Assembly (NCBI GenBank): GCA_963662265.2
Contig: CAXXHA010000010.1
Location: forward strand, 96,001-160,000
Source: Spirochaetia bacterium
Lineage (GTDB): Bacteria > Spirochaetota > Spirochaetia > CADAEX01
Direction: 5' to 3'
Length of the DNA: 64,000 bases
Part shown: positions 49,772 through 60,261 of the stretch, one piece after another
Layout of the letters: each line of letters opens with the position of its first letter
Numbering within the stretch: position 1 is the first letter of the stretch
The notes under the pieces: generated by a model
Databases searched by the model: none
Told to the model about the DNA's origin: nothing
The model's input: the letters and a program-made list of their open reading frames with translations, nothing else
Position numbers and translations under genes: made by a program

Positions 49772-51421
49772 ATGAGAAAGGAAGTCACAACCAGGGATAT
49801 CTGCAGGGCAAGAGATATCAGAATGGAAAAAATCAGCAGTCATTTCGAAAACAGCGGACAGGGGGTTATCCTGTTTTTACTGAATATACCGGGAAGTATA
49901 AAAGATACTCCTCTTTACCGCAGGATTTTCAACACAGGTATAAGGCTTCTCAAACATAATTTCAATAAAAATAATATCAGATTCTCTGTAAGTGAAATAA
50001 GTATGCCGGAATCCGGGACAGGACCCGAGGCATACATATCGGTTTCAGAAGATGATCTTCTGTCTGTAAAAAAAATAACTGCGGAAATAGAAAACAGCCA
50101 CCCGCTGGGAAGAATCTTTGATATTGATCTTTTTGACAGGAATCTTGAACAGGTGAAATCAGGAAGGGAAATGAGAAAATGTTTTATCTGCGACAGTCCT
50201 GCATTTGAATGCGCGAGAAGCAGAAGACATTCCCTTGCCGAAATTACAGATCATATAAATAAAGAAGCAGAAAAATATTTTGATTCCCTTTGCTGGAAAA
50301 CTGCATCTAATGCAGCAAGGGCAATGATGAGTGAAGTTCTTGTTACGCCAAAACCCGGACTTGTCGACAGGCTTAACTCAGGTGCTCACACTGACATGGA
50401 TATATTCACATTTACAGACAGCACAACCGCTCTTGTAAAAACATTTTACGATATGGCATCAACTGCCTGCAGCTTCGGAAGCTGCGGAGAAATAAGTCCT
50501 GAACATAATTCTCACTCCGGAACTGATTCTTCAGTTTTAAAAGAAGAGACTGAAGGCCGCAAAGATGCGGCGGGAAAAAACACAGCCGGAGCAGAAGAAA
50601 GCACAGAAGGTAAACAGGGAAATTCATGTCCAGAAGATTCTGAAAAAGAGCTTCACCGTCTTCTTGAACCCCTGAGAAAGATCGGCATTGAAGGAGAAAA
50701 GGAAATGTTCAGGATAACAAAAGGTGTGAATACGCAGAAGGGGCTGATCTTTTCAATAGGAATACTTGCGGGTGCTGCAGGATATCTTGTTTCAGAGAGC
50801 AGGGATGAGATAACTCCTGAACTGCTTTGCCTTACAGGCAAAAAAATTGTAAAGGGAATTACTGAAAAGGATTTTAAACAGGTAAAAGAATCATCCTGTC
50901 TGAATTCAGATAATCCAGGATCTCCCGAAACAATTACAGACAATCTCAAGCAATCAGCAGATTCTGCAAAATCAAAGCAGGTTTCAAACAGACTGAATAA
51001 AGAAATAACCACAGGGGAAAGACTTTACTTAAAGTATGGGATTAAAGGGGCAAGAGGAGAAGCAGAAGGGGGATTTAAGTCTTCTCTCAGGGCGCTTTCA
51101 ATTCTCAAGGAACATCTGGAAGATGAGTGGGATTTCAACCTTTCCCTCGCAGACACGCTTATCCATATTATTGCGGAAACTGAAGATACAAATATTCCGG
51201 GAAGAAACTCCATAGAAACTCTTTCATACACAGAAAACAAATGCAGGGAATTTATTAAAGAGGGTGGAGTAATACGGGATAACGGGATAGAGGAGCTTGA
51301 AAAACTTGATAAAGATTTTATTGAGAAGAATATAAGCCCGGGAGGAAGCGCTGACATACTTGCAACAATGCTTTTCCTGTTTTTCATGGAAAAGGATGTG
51401 TTTTCAGCAAGTACTGCTTAG
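49772..51421 (+). CDS. citXG: Fused CitX (holo-ACP synthase) and CitG (triphosphoribosyl-dephospho-CoA synthase)
   Basis: CitX: LNIPGSIK, TGPE, HPLGRIFDID, RKCFICDSPAFECARSRRH. CitG: TPKPGLVD, GAHTDM, GVNTQKG, TTGE, GARGEA, DTN, SPGGSAD. Confidence 0.93.
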   Translation: MRKEVTTRDICRARDIRMEKISSHFENSGQGVILFLLNIPGSIKDTPLYRRIFNTGIRLLKHNFNKNNIRFSVSEISMPESGTGPEAYISVSEDDLLSVKKITAEIENSHPLGRIFDIDLFDRNLEQVKSGREMRKCFICDSPAFECARSRRHSLAEITDHINKEAEKYFDSLCWKTASNAARAMMSEVLVTPKPGLVDRLNSGAHTDMDIFTFTDSTTALVKTFYDMASTACSFGSCGEISPEHNSHSGTDSSVLKEETEGRKDAAGKNTAGAEESTEGKQGNSCPEDSEKELHRLLEPLRKIGIEGEKEMFRITKGVNTQKGLIFSIGILAGAAGYLVSESRDEITPELLCLTGKKIVKGITEKDFKQVKESSCLNSDNPGSPETITDNLKQSADSAKSKQVSNRLNKEITTGERLYLKYGIKGARGEAEGGFKSSLRALSILKEHLEDEWDFNLSLADTLIHIIAETEDTNIPGRNSIETLSYTENKCREFIKEGGVIRDNGIEELEKLDKDFIEKNISPGGSADILATMLFLFFMEKDVFSASTA

Positions 51422-51435
51422 TATTTTACATAGCC

Positions 51436-52335
51436 TTACTGCTTGCTGTACCCCTTGGCCCAGGCAAACATGATATTTATAAAATTCTTTAAATTATCTG
51501 AAAAATATTTGTCCACGTGATAAATCATATAGAATTTTCGGCTCAAATCAGCATCATCAATATGGAGCGCGGCAAGATCTCCCGACTGGACCTCTTTCTC
51601 AACTACTTTTTTGGAAATAACAGCATATCCTGCACCCTGCATAACCATGTTTTTTACAGCTTCAGTATCAGAGAGTGTACAGACTGTCTTGAATTTAATT
51701 TTATTACGCTTTGTAAACTGCTCAACAGTATCCATTGTACCGCTTCCCTTTTCAAAAAGAATCATCGGAAGGCGGTCAAGTTCTGAAGGGTCAACCTTGC
51801 TCTGGCCTGCAAGTTCTGAATTGGGGGAAGAAATCAGCACAAAATTTTCATTGAATATTTCCCGTGAAATTATCTTGGGATTCTTAACCTTATGAGAAAC
51901 AATCCCGAAATCATTTTCCATTCTTATCGTAGTGTTTACAACATTCTCATTCGGCATCGCGAAAACAGAGACCTTGATATCGGGAAACTGGTTCAGGAAT
52001 TCCGGCATAAAATCGGGAAGATAATATGAACTGAAACTGTTTATGGTATTTATTACAACTTTTCCTCTTTTCTGCCTCTTATAGTCACGAATGCTTTCTT
52101 CAATTCTGGCTTCTGTCTCAAAAATATCTACAGCCAGATTGTAAATCATTACACCGGCATCAGTCAGAACAAATCTCTTTCCGGTTTTGTTGATAAGGGT
52201 GAGACCTGTTTTTTCCTGCAGGTCCTGCACCTGCCTTGTGACTGAAGGCTGGGTAATATCAAGGTGGCCTGCAGCTTTTGTAAAGCTGCTGAATTTTGCG
52301 GTGTAATAAAAGGACTTTAAATTATCAAGGTTCAT
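51436..52335 (-). CDS. LysR-family transcriptional regulator
   Basis: SFTKAAGHLDITQPSVTRQV, LTDAG; CysL-like EKGSGT. Confidence 0.95.
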   Translation of the reverse strand: MNLDNLKSFYYTAKFSSFTKAAGHLDITQPSVTRQVQDLQEKTGLTLINKTGKRFVLTDAGVMIYNLAVDIFETEARIEESIRDYKRQKRGKVVINTINSFSSYYLPDFMPEFLNQFPDIKVSVFAMPNENVVNTTIRMENDFGIVSHKVKNPKIISREIFNENFVLISSPNSELAGQSKVDPSELDRLPMILFEKGSGTMDTVEQFTKRNKIKFKTVCTLSDTEAVKNMVMQGAGYAVISKKVVEKEVQSGDLAALHIDDADLSRKFYMIYHVDKYFSDNLKNFINIMFAWAKGYSKQ

Positions 52336-52590
52336 AGTAATATCTCTTAGTTAAATTATATTAAAGAAAAACATACAACAATGTATGCGTCCCATGCAAT
52401 ATTATACAGTAAAAAAACTGTTTTCACAGTCAAAAGAATTTGCAGACTCAGCTTTTAAGGTAAAAATCACTTCCTGAATAATAAGATCTGCAAAAAATTA
52501 TCAGATGGAAACCTGCATTTAAATCTTATTTCATGATTTTTCCGGAAAAAAAACTGATAAACCGAAGCAGGTCAGCAAACTGCCGGCAAT

Positions 52591-52639
52591 AAAAAATCCT
52601 GATAACTGAGTAACAAAGGGCGTATCAGCTATCAGGATT
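52591..52639 (-). terminator. Terminator of oadAB
   Basis: AATCCTGATA-CTGA...TCAG-TATCAGGATT followed by T-run on the minus strand. Confidence 0.65.
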
Positions 52640-52862
52640 AAATCAGGTTTTCATGCTGTTTAATATTCATTATTCAGCATAACGTCCGGGAAAAGGACCG
52701 TGGTAAGTTTTCTTATCCAGATCCCGGTCGTGAAAATCAATAATCCCGCCACAGGCAGTATGACTCCCGGACTGCTCCGGATTATGCCAGGCTGCAATGG
52801 ATGGATTATATGGCAAGTGTGCAGCCACCCGCCATTAGAACAACTCTACGCACCCGAAGGCA

Positions 52863-54011
52863 CTAGGCAAGCACAGGGATAATAGCCAGCAGAATTCCGG
52901 CAGCAACAGCTGACCCGATAACACCGCTCACATTAGGCCCCATAGCATGCATGAGGAGAAAGTTTTCAGGATTTGCCTCCTGACCGACTTTATTTACTAT
53001 TCTGGCTGACATAGGCACAGCAGAAACTCCGGCAGCCCCGATAAGCGGGTTGATCGGATCTTTTCTGAACTTATTCATCAATTTGGCAAGGAGAATTCCA
53101 GATGCAGTACCGATTGCAAAAGCAACTAATCCGAGGAGGAGTATTGCAAGAGTTTCAGGATTCAAGAATTTATCAGCCTGAAGCTTTGATCCCACGGCAA
53201 GACCAAGCATTATAGTAATAATATTAATGAGTTCATTTTTAGCAGTGTTTGCAAGTCTGTCAGTTACACCGCTTTCCTTGAGAATATTTCCAAACATCAG
53301 ACATCCAACCAGAGGGGTTGCTGTCGGAAGAAAAAGTATTGTCACTGTAAGAACAACAAGGGGAAAAAGAATTTTTTCTCTTCTTGAAACTTCCCTCAGC
53401 TGGACCATCTTGATCTTTCTTTCCTCTTCTGTTGTAAAAAGCTTCATTATAGGGGGCTGTATAATAGGCACAAGAGCCATATATGAATACGCGGCTACCG
53501 CAATCGCCCCCAGGTAGCGTTCCGAGAATTGGCTGGCAAGAAAGATCGCTGTCGGCCCGTCCGCCCCACCGATAATACCTATCGATGCTGCATCGAAGAG
53601 GTTGAAGTCAATAAACGGGAGTTTTGAAAGAAAAATAGCCCCGAATATTGTGAAGAAAATGCCGAACTGGGCAGCAGCTCCGAGAATAAACATTGTCGGA
53701 TTTGCAATCAGCGGACCGAAGTCAGTCATTGCCCCTACACCCATGAATATGAAGAGGGGAAACATTCCGGTTTCAATACCGAATGAATATATCTGACCGA
53801 TAAAACCGTCAGGCCCTGCAATACCGGCTATTGGTATGTTTGCAAGAAGGCCTCCGAAACCTATGGGGAGAAGAAGAAGCGGTTCAAAATTCTTTACAAT
53901 AGCAAGAAAAAGCAGCAGCAGACTGATTGCAATCATAGTTATTGTCTTGATATCGAAATTATAAATTCCGCTGGAAGCCCAGAAATTACTTAATGCTTCT
54001 AAAAATTCCAT
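52863..54011 (-). CDS. oadB: Na+-translocating oxaloacetate decarboxylase beta subunit
   Basis: [57 protein letters not shown]. Confidence 0.95.
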   Translation of the reverse strand: MEFLEALSNFWASSGIYNFDIKTITMIAISLLLLFLAIVKNFEPLLLLPIGFGGLLANIPIAGIAGPDGFIGQIYSFGIETGMFPLFIFMGVGAMTDFGPLIANPTMFILGAAAQFGIFFTIFGAIFLSKLPFIDFNLFDAASIGIIGGADGPTAIFLASQFSERYLGAIAVAAYSYMALVPIIQPPIMKLFTTEEERKIKMVQLREVSRREKILFPLVVLTVTILFLPTATPLVGCLMFGNILKESGVTDRLANTAKNELINIITIMLGLAVGSKLQADKFLNPETLAILLLGLVAFAIGTASGILLAKLMNKFRKDPINPLIGAAGVSAVPMSARIVNKVGQEANPENFLLMHAMGPNVSGVIGSAVAAGILLAIIPVLA

Positions 54012-54015
54012 AAAA

Positions 54016-55890
54016 TTAAGCCTCTATAACCATCAAAGGATCTCCGGTTTTTACCTGATCACCGGTTCTTACATTTATATTTATAACTTCACCAGAATGA
54101 TATGTTTTAACTTCAACTTCCATCTTCATGCTGTCAAGAATCATTACAACATCGCCTTCAGATACTTCATCACCCTCTTTGACCTTCATATTAAATACAG
54201 ATCCCGGAAGGGGGGATCTCAGTACTCCGTCGAAATCATCTGATGAGGAGGAAGATTTTTCTGCTTTTTTCTCTTCTTTGGCTTTCTTCTTCTGATCCTT
54301 CCTTTCCTGTTTTTCAGCTTTCTTGATTGCCTTGATATCTACATCAATAAGCTCATCATTTACAATAGCTTTCTGGCCATCCATCTTAATCCTGTACTCG
54401 GTTCCGTTGACATTTACAACATACTCGTTGCTTCCCTTGTCTTCAGGCTGAACCTCTTCTGCCGCGCTGCCAGCGGCAGGGATGCCGACCACTTTGAAAA
54501 CCTTTTCCTCACCTTTACCGTTTAGAAAATTAACACCTTTTTCGCCGCATACTGCCGCTATAAATAAATTTTCATCTGTTTCTTCAAGGTTTTCGCTGCG
54601 GAGCATCTCCATGGCAGAAGATATTCCCTTGTTTTTGTCTTTATCGTTAAACTCGAGTACAGAACCTGTAAATTCCTCAAGATTGAGTTTTTCCTTTGCA
54701 ATCCCGATGATTTCAGGATCAGGACTTACAGGAGTCTTTCCGAAATATCCCAGAATCATCTTGCCGTAACCGTCTGCAATCCTTGTCCATGGTCCGAAAA
54801 ACTCATTATTAAAAGCCTGCTGAAAATAAAACTGGGAAACAGGAGTTACACTTGTTCCTCCCCCCCCGCAGGCAATAACTTCATTCATCCTGTCCATTAC
54901 TTTTGTATATCTTTCCTCTTCAATACCCATGTCTCTCATCATATTGGTATTTGCAGTAAGAGCGCCACCAGGCATTGCAGAAGAGATAATATCCGGATCA
55001 GTTTTTCTGGCCTCTACAGGGAATACATAGTCTGAGAGAGCCTTTTTAAGAGCACTTTCAGCTTTTCTCACCTTTGCAAGATCAATATCGAGATAATAAT
55101 CTGTACCTTTGAGAATGTGGGCCATTGAAAGGACATCAGGCTGAGCAGTACCACCTGAAACAGGGGCAATTGAAAGGTCAACCTGGTCAGCACCAGCTTC
55201 AACAGCTGCCATATAGGCTGAAAGGCAGGTACCTGCCGAACTGTGGCTGTGATATATAATCTTCTTGTCATCACCGACAAGTTTTCTTGCCTCTTTGATA
55301 GTCTCATGAACTGTTTTAGGTGTTGAAGTACCTGCAGCATCCTTGAAACAGATAGATGTAAAAGGAATATCCTCTTTTAGAATTGACTTGAGTATTTCTG
55401 TGTAGAATTCCTTGTCATGAAGACCTTTAACAGGATCAGGAATATCCATCATTGTAATTGTTACTTCATGATTAAGACCGGCACCGCTGATACACTTACC
55501 GGAATAGATAAGATTGTTGACATCATTCAATGCATCGAAATTTCTGATTGTTGTTATACCGTGTTTTTTGAAAAGTTTGGCATGAAGGTCAATCACATCA
55601 GATGACTGAGACTCAAGCCCAATAACATTGATACCTCTTGAGAGGGTCTGAAGATTTACATCAGGTCCCGCTATCTCACGGTATTTATCCATGATTTCGA
55701 AAGGATTCTCGTTACAGTAGAAAATTAAAGACTGAAACTGAGCTCCTCCCCCAACTTCAAAATGTCTGAATCCTGCTTCACACGCTGCTTCAAAAGCCGG
55801 CAGAATGTCAGCCCCTTTTACCCTGCTTCCGAAATAGGACTGAAATCCGTCGCGGAAGGCAGTCACCATAAAATCAATCTTTTTTTTCAT
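54016..55890 (-). CDS. oadA: Oxaloacetate decarboxylase alpha subunit (carboxyltransferase + biotin carrier)
   Basis: [38 protein letters not shown]; biotin motif SMKM. Confidence 0.9.
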   Translation of the reverse strand: MKKKIDFMVTAFRDGFQSYFGSRVKGADILPAFEAACEAGFRHFEVGGGAQFQSLIFYCNENPFEIMDKYREIAGPDVNLQTLSRGINVIGLESQSSDVIDLHAKLFKKHGITTIRNFDALNDVNNLIYSGKCISGAGLNHEVTITMMDIPDPVKGLHDKEFYTEILKSILKEDIPFTSICFKDAAGTSTPKTVHETIKEARKLVGDDKKIIYHSHSSAGTCLSAYMAAVEAGADQVDLSIAPVSGGTAQPDVLSMAHILKGTDYYLDIDLAKVRKAESALKKALSDYVFPVEARKTDPDIISSAMPGGALTANTNMMRDMGIEEERYTKVMDRMNEVIACGGGGTSVTPVSQFYFQQAFNNEFFGPWTRIADGYGKMILGYFGKTPVSPDPEIIGIAKEKLNLEEFTGSVLEFNDKDKNKGISSAMEMLRSENLEETDENLFIAAVCGEKGVNFLNGKGEEKVFKVVGIPAAGSAAEEVQPEDKGSNEYVVNVNGTEYRIKMDGQKAIVNDELIDVDIKAIKKAEKQERKDQKKKAKEEKKAEKSSSSSDDFDGVLRSPLPGSVFNMKVKEGDEVSEGDVVMILDSMKMEVEVKTYHSGEVININVRTGDQVKTGDPLMVIEA

Positions 55891-56200
55891 TTATGAATCC
55901 TGTCCTTAATTAATATGTATGCAGCTGAAATTCCATTACAGAAACATGCCTCCCGATGTTTTTATAAATACTGAAAGAATCTCTTTACAGGCACTTTTCA
56001 AGTACTTCTATCTTTACAGTATAATACATCTGTATACAGAAAACACATTTCCAGGCTTAAGATATTACACTGCAGCAATACCTTCTCCGGAATTACAGCC
56101 TCTATAACTGCCATGTGGGTGATAAAATCACTCTTCAGGGCATAATAAAACCCATAAGGTATAAATACCAAATGGGCTCTTTTTTTATTTATTTTTCAGC

Positions 56201-56389
56201 TCAGCTCATTGAATGACGAAGAGCTGCAATCGCAATTGCAATTTCTTTCTCTCTGTTGCTTTTTCTGCCGAATGACAATTTCCCGGCATCAAACATGGCC
56301 AGAAGTTTAACTGCACCGATCATCACTACAAGAAGTGAGAAAACTGTCAACATTCCGATAACTGCTATAATAAATCCTACTGTCATCAT
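56201..56389 (-). CDS. oadG: Oxaloacetate decarboxylase gamma subunit
   Basis: GMLTVFSLL TM and EIAIAIAALRH tail; RBS GGAGG; upstream of oadAB. Confidence 0.85.
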   Translation of the reverse strand: MMTVGFIIAVIGMLTVFSLLVVMIGAVKLLAMFDAGKLSFGRKSNREKEIAIAIAALRHSMS

Positions 56390-56467
56390 AAACCTCCAAA
56401 CCTATGTTTATGTATTGTTACGATACATATATTATTTAAATTTCGTATCATTATCATGTATATTTGT

Positions 56468-56496
56468 ATTATACGGTGGATTATTGCTCCGGTCAA
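56468..56496 (-). promoter_or_regulatory. Near-consensus sigma70 promoter of oadG
   Basis: Minus strand TTGACC, 17-bp spacer, TATAAT. Confidence 0.8.
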
Positions 56497-56665
56497 GCTT
56501 ATAAAGTGAAAATAATTAATATTTTTCATATTTTTTCGGGAGCTGTGGATTTTATGTTAAAAAGAGGTTTATGAGTATTAAAACAGGGATTTATGTGGCA
56601 TGAGATTAAGATTGCAGACCTGATAAGGCAGACACAAAAAAGGGGCTGTGATTCAGAGATAATTT

Positions 56666-57391
56666 CTAGATATTATCAGACAGAAAGCTGAACACTTCAG
56701 CAAGATCGGAATACCTGAGAGATGCTGTGCTGTCGAGGGGAGTTTCCATATTATTCACAATAACCAGCTTCCCGCCGTTTCTGACGGCATATAAGGGAAA
56801 TGAGGAAGCAGGCTGTACAACAAGGGTGGATCCGAGAACCAGCATCAGATCGGCCCTGGAAGATTCATCAATTGCTTTACCAAGCGCCTCTTCAGGAAGC
56901 ATCTCGCCGAAAAATGTGACATCAGGCTTTACTACCCCGCCGCACTGACTGCAGACAGGATACTGCCCTTTTTTCACGATTTCACAAACAGACTCATATT
57001 CCATTTCCATGCCGCAGGAGAGGCATCTGTGAACAGAGGGGGAGCCATGGACTTCTATAACATTTTCCGATCCCCCTTTCTGATGAAGAAGATCAATATT
57101 CTGTGTTATTACAGCCTTAACAATCCCCATTTTTTCAAGACGCGCAAGTTCTGTATGGACTATTGAAGGTTTTCTTTCCTCAAGATTATAGATAAGCTCC
57201 CTTGAATTCTGGTAGTAGAAGAGGGGGTCTTTCCTGAAATACCTGATATCAAATATTTTTTCAGCATCGGCAGATTTATAGAGACCGTTCTTTCCCCTGA
57301 AGTCCCGGATCCCTGATAATGTGGAAACACCTGCGCCGGTAAATACAACACAGTATTTTGATTTTTCAAGAGCACTGACAAGTCTTTCCAT
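56666..57391 (-). CDS. cobB: Sir2-family NAD-dependent protein deacylase
   Basis: FTGAGVSTLSGIRDFRG, ITQNIDLLH, HGS, two CxxC, KPDVTFFGE, GSTLVVQPA. Confidence 0.92.
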   Translation of the reverse strand: MERLVSALEKSKYCVVFTGAGVSTLSGIRDFRGKNGLYKSADAEKIFDIRYFRKDPLFYYQNSRELIYNLEERKPSIVHTELARLEKMGIVKAVITQNIDLLHQKGGSENVIEVHGSPSVHRCLSCGMEMEYESVCEIVKKGQYPVCSQCGGVVKPDVTFFGEMLPEEALGKAIDESSRADLMLVLGSTLVVQPASSFPLYAVRNGGKLVIVNNMETPLDSTASLRYSDLAEVFSFLSDNI

Positions 57392-57548
57392 AGGGATCCT
57401 CTTTAATCTGAGTAATATGAATTATTCAAAGCATCAATTCATTTATATCTGAATAAATAATATAATTTTTCAATATTATATATTTAAAACCGGGAATCCG
57501 GCCTGATTCCTCTCTAAGCGGTACTTTCAAAAAAAGCTTCAGAAGTTA

Positions 57549-58670
57549 TCAGCAGTAATTTCTTTCTATAAATTTCTTGAAAATATAGAGAGAATCATTA
57601 AAATCCTTTCTTCCCAGCCCCAGCCGGAAATACCTGTCATTATAACCGAAAAGTTTTCCCGGAAGCAGGAGAAGATCTTCCTCTTTTATCAGCTTTTCTG
57701 AAACATCAGAGGCAAAAATATCCTTTTTGAAACAGGGAAATGCAACAGAACCTCCCGAAGGCTCATTCCACTGAACAATATCTGCAAGATCCTCAAATAC
57801 ACCTTCGGCATAATCAAGATTGCTCCTCACAATATCGCTGCTCCTGGTAATCAGGTACTCACGGTGTCTGAGTGCAATTCTAGCGACCTCTTCAGACGGG
57901 GCGCTGTTGCATATAGTTGTATAATCCTTCATCAGGGCAATTTTCCTGTACAGTTCCCTGTTTCTCGCGGCAATCCACCCTATCCTGAGTCCAGGAAGAC
58001 CGAATGATTTTGACAGACCAAAGAGGGAAACACTGTTTTCATAAACAGTACAGCAGGCAGGAAGAGGCTCCCTGTAATTATGCTCAAGCAGCCAGTACAT
58101 CTCATCGGAAAATATAAAAACATTATTTTTCCGCGCAATATCAATAATCGCCATATAATCATCATGGGGAGGGATAAATCCTGTAGGATTGTGAGGAAAG
58201 TTGATAAAAAGCGCTTTAAGCCCCTTCTTAACTTCTCTTTCAAAAATATTAAGGTCAAGAAACCACTCCCCGTCCCTGTTTTCAAGCTCCCATTTTGCAA
58301 GTTCACAGCCGAGTGATTCAGGTATGGATTCAAAAGACTGATATATCGGGTTTAAAAACATTACCCGGTCTCCCTTCTCAAGAAGCGAATTGAGGGTAAG
58401 ATAAATACATTCCTCGGGCGCTGCAACAAATATTTCATCGGCTGAAAAACCCTGGTAAAGAGCGGCAATTTCATCTCTTAAGGCAGCAGAACCGTTTGAT
58501 TCTGTATACCCGAGATTCATATTCATGAAATCGTTCTTCTCTTCATTATCCAGAAGATTCAGGATCCGGCTGAGAGAAAGAGTTTCACAGTCCGAGCAGC
58601 TGAGCTGCCTTGAAACTGAAAATTCAAATTCAGCAAAATACCTTTCAAGTCTGAATGGTGTATATTTCAT
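57549..58670 (-). CDS. PLP-dependent class I/II aminotransferase
   Basis: LGYTESNG, NFPHNPTG, FSDEMY, GLSKSFGLPGLRIGW, FRLGLG. Confidence 0.92.
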   Translation of the reverse strand: MKYTPFRLERYFAEFEFSVSRQLSCSDCETLSLSRILNLLDNEEKNDFMNMNLGYTESNGSAALRDEIAALYQGFSADEIFVAAPEECIYLTLNSLLEKGDRVMFLNPIYQSFESIPESLGCELAKWELENRDGEWFLDLNIFEREVKKGLKALFINFPHNPTGFIPPHDDYMAIIDIARKNNVFIFSDEMYWLLEHNYREPLPACCTVYENSVSLFGLSKSFGLPGLRIGWIAARNRELYRKIALMKDYTTICNSAPSEEVARIALRHREYLITRSSDIVRSNLDYAEGVFEDLADIVQWNEPSGGSVAFPCFKKDIFASDVSEKLIKEEDLLLLPGKLFGYNDRYFRLGLGRKDFNDSLYIFKKFIERNYC

Positions 58671-58818
58671 TATTACCAACTCCCGTTAATCTGCAACAGA
58701 TTACTTTATTTATATTGAATCTCCCGGATCTGTCAGCCATTATTCAACTATCAAAATCCGGCATTTCCTCTATTTACAACTTTATAACATTCTCATGTGT
58801 TCTGTAAATTAATTTTTA

Positions 58819-60027
58819 TCAGAGTACAATTCTTCCGTATTTACCGTCAAAGCCGTAAACTATATCAAATGTATTGTTTTTTATACGGCTTATCCCTTCT
58901 GTAACAGCATCCGGAATATTTTTCAAGGGAGGAAGATCATCTTCCAGCCAGATAGCGCTTTCCCGGCCCGCCTGCATTATAATATTCATGTAAATTTCAG
59001 AAGCCTTCTTTGTGCCGGCTCCGCAGGAGAGGCTTTCTGCAATAACCTCAATCAGCGGGATCTGGTAGACAAAAGGCTGAGTATTTTTCTTTTCTCCGCT
59101 GTATATGAATGAAGTTCTCTCCCTTACCCCATGCACAAGAGGTTTTCCGCATACCGGGCATATTTCAGGAGGGTTATCGAGAAAAAAAACATCCTCACCG
59201 GCATGTCCATCCCTGTCTCCCCTGTGTCCTGTAAGGTAATACCGCCCTTCGAATGGGGGAAATTCGGCAGTCTTTACTATTGAAGAGTTTTTTATAGAAC
59301 TGAAAACACCTTCCGTGCTTATTTCATCCGCATCAATCTCGGTAAACTCTCTCCCAAGCCTGTTGAATGCAGCAGAGTGCGCATCGCTTGATGATATTAC
59401 AGGGACACCGAGAGCCCCGGATACAGAAGAAAGCATCTCGGGGTCTGCACTCAATCCTGATTCAAGTGCATCAATCAGGTTCTCACACTCTCCCCATATT
59501 TCAGATACTGAATCAACAGGATTTTTCCCTCCCAGTATCCCGTCAGGTGTAACCACATGGGCTGGGATAAGAAGAGACGGAATCTTTCTTTTAAAGTCTG
59601 AGAAAAACTGCTGCATCTCCTGGGCAGAATCAAATTTGACGAAAGGACGTCCAATCCCGAGCTTGCTTCCCTGTTTCAGAAACATCCTGCGGGCTTCAGG
59701 GATACTCTCCTTGTTTTTAAAGAGAATAACCATATGAAAAAGCTTTCTCTTTTTTTCATTACGGGAATAGGGAAGTGTTATTATCACCTCTGTCTGTGGA
59801 AAGAGATAGTGAGACTCGCCTCCCCGGCTTATATTCCAGAGCTGCCTCTCTTTGTCAAACTCAAATTCAGCATCAAGTTCATTCTCCCATTTCTCCAGGA
59901 GGATGTCCCCGCTTCCATATATATCTATACCCTTTGCCCCCATTACAAACCGGAGCCTTTCAAAATCAACCTTACCGCTAGCCCCGGCGTACGGGGAATG
60001 AGAATGCAAATCAACAACAAGATTCAT
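58819..60027 (-). CDS. PHP-domain endonuclease Q (EndoQ/YqxK) family protein
   Basis: DLHSHSPYA, PAHVVTP, ESGLSADP, SDAHS, LGRE, CPVCG..GVRER, GFDGKYG. Confidence 0.85.
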   Translation of the reverse strand: MNLVVDLHSHSPYAGASGKVDFERLRFVMGAKGIDIYGSGDILLEKWENELDAEFEFDKERQLWNISRGGESHYLFPQTEVIITLPYSRNEKKRKLFHMVILFKNKESIPEARRMFLKQGSKLGIGRPFVKFDSAQEMQQFFSDFKRKIPSLLIPAHVVTPDGILGGKNPVDSVSEIWGECENLIDALESGLSADPEMLSSVSGALGVPVISSSDAHSAAFNRLGREFTEIDADEISTEGVFSSIKNSSIVKTAEFPPFEGRYYLTGHRGDRDGHAGEDVFFLDNPPEICPVCGKPLVHGVRERTSFIYSGEKKNTQPFVYQIPLIEVIAESLSCGAGTKKASEIYMNIIMQAGRESAIWLEDDLPPLKNIPDAVTEGISRIKNNTFDIVYGFDGKYGRIVL

Positions 60028-60261
60028 AGTATTTTCCTTGAAATCAGTATTCAGAAGTTCAGAATCCCTTTAAACAGGGATACACCGGTATTTTCCCGGT
60101 ATAAAACTCTGCAGGGATAACCGATTATATTCTAAATTGTGAGTGAATAAAACCTCTTTTTGTCATGGCAGAACAAGCGGAATATATTGTTATTGATTCA
60201 GCAACTTAATAACACTTCATGGATGGCAAAACATCTGTTTATCTGTTAGATTCTTCCCGAT

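Noticed and set aside
52700-52882. 60-aa ORF convergent on oadB
   Set aside because: No motif, overlaps the oadB 3' end, no support for coding
56666-57391. SIR2 anti-phage NADase (Thoeris/DSR)
   Set aside because: Stand-alone 241-aa sirtuin with Zn ribbon and standard deacylase motifs; no defence partner
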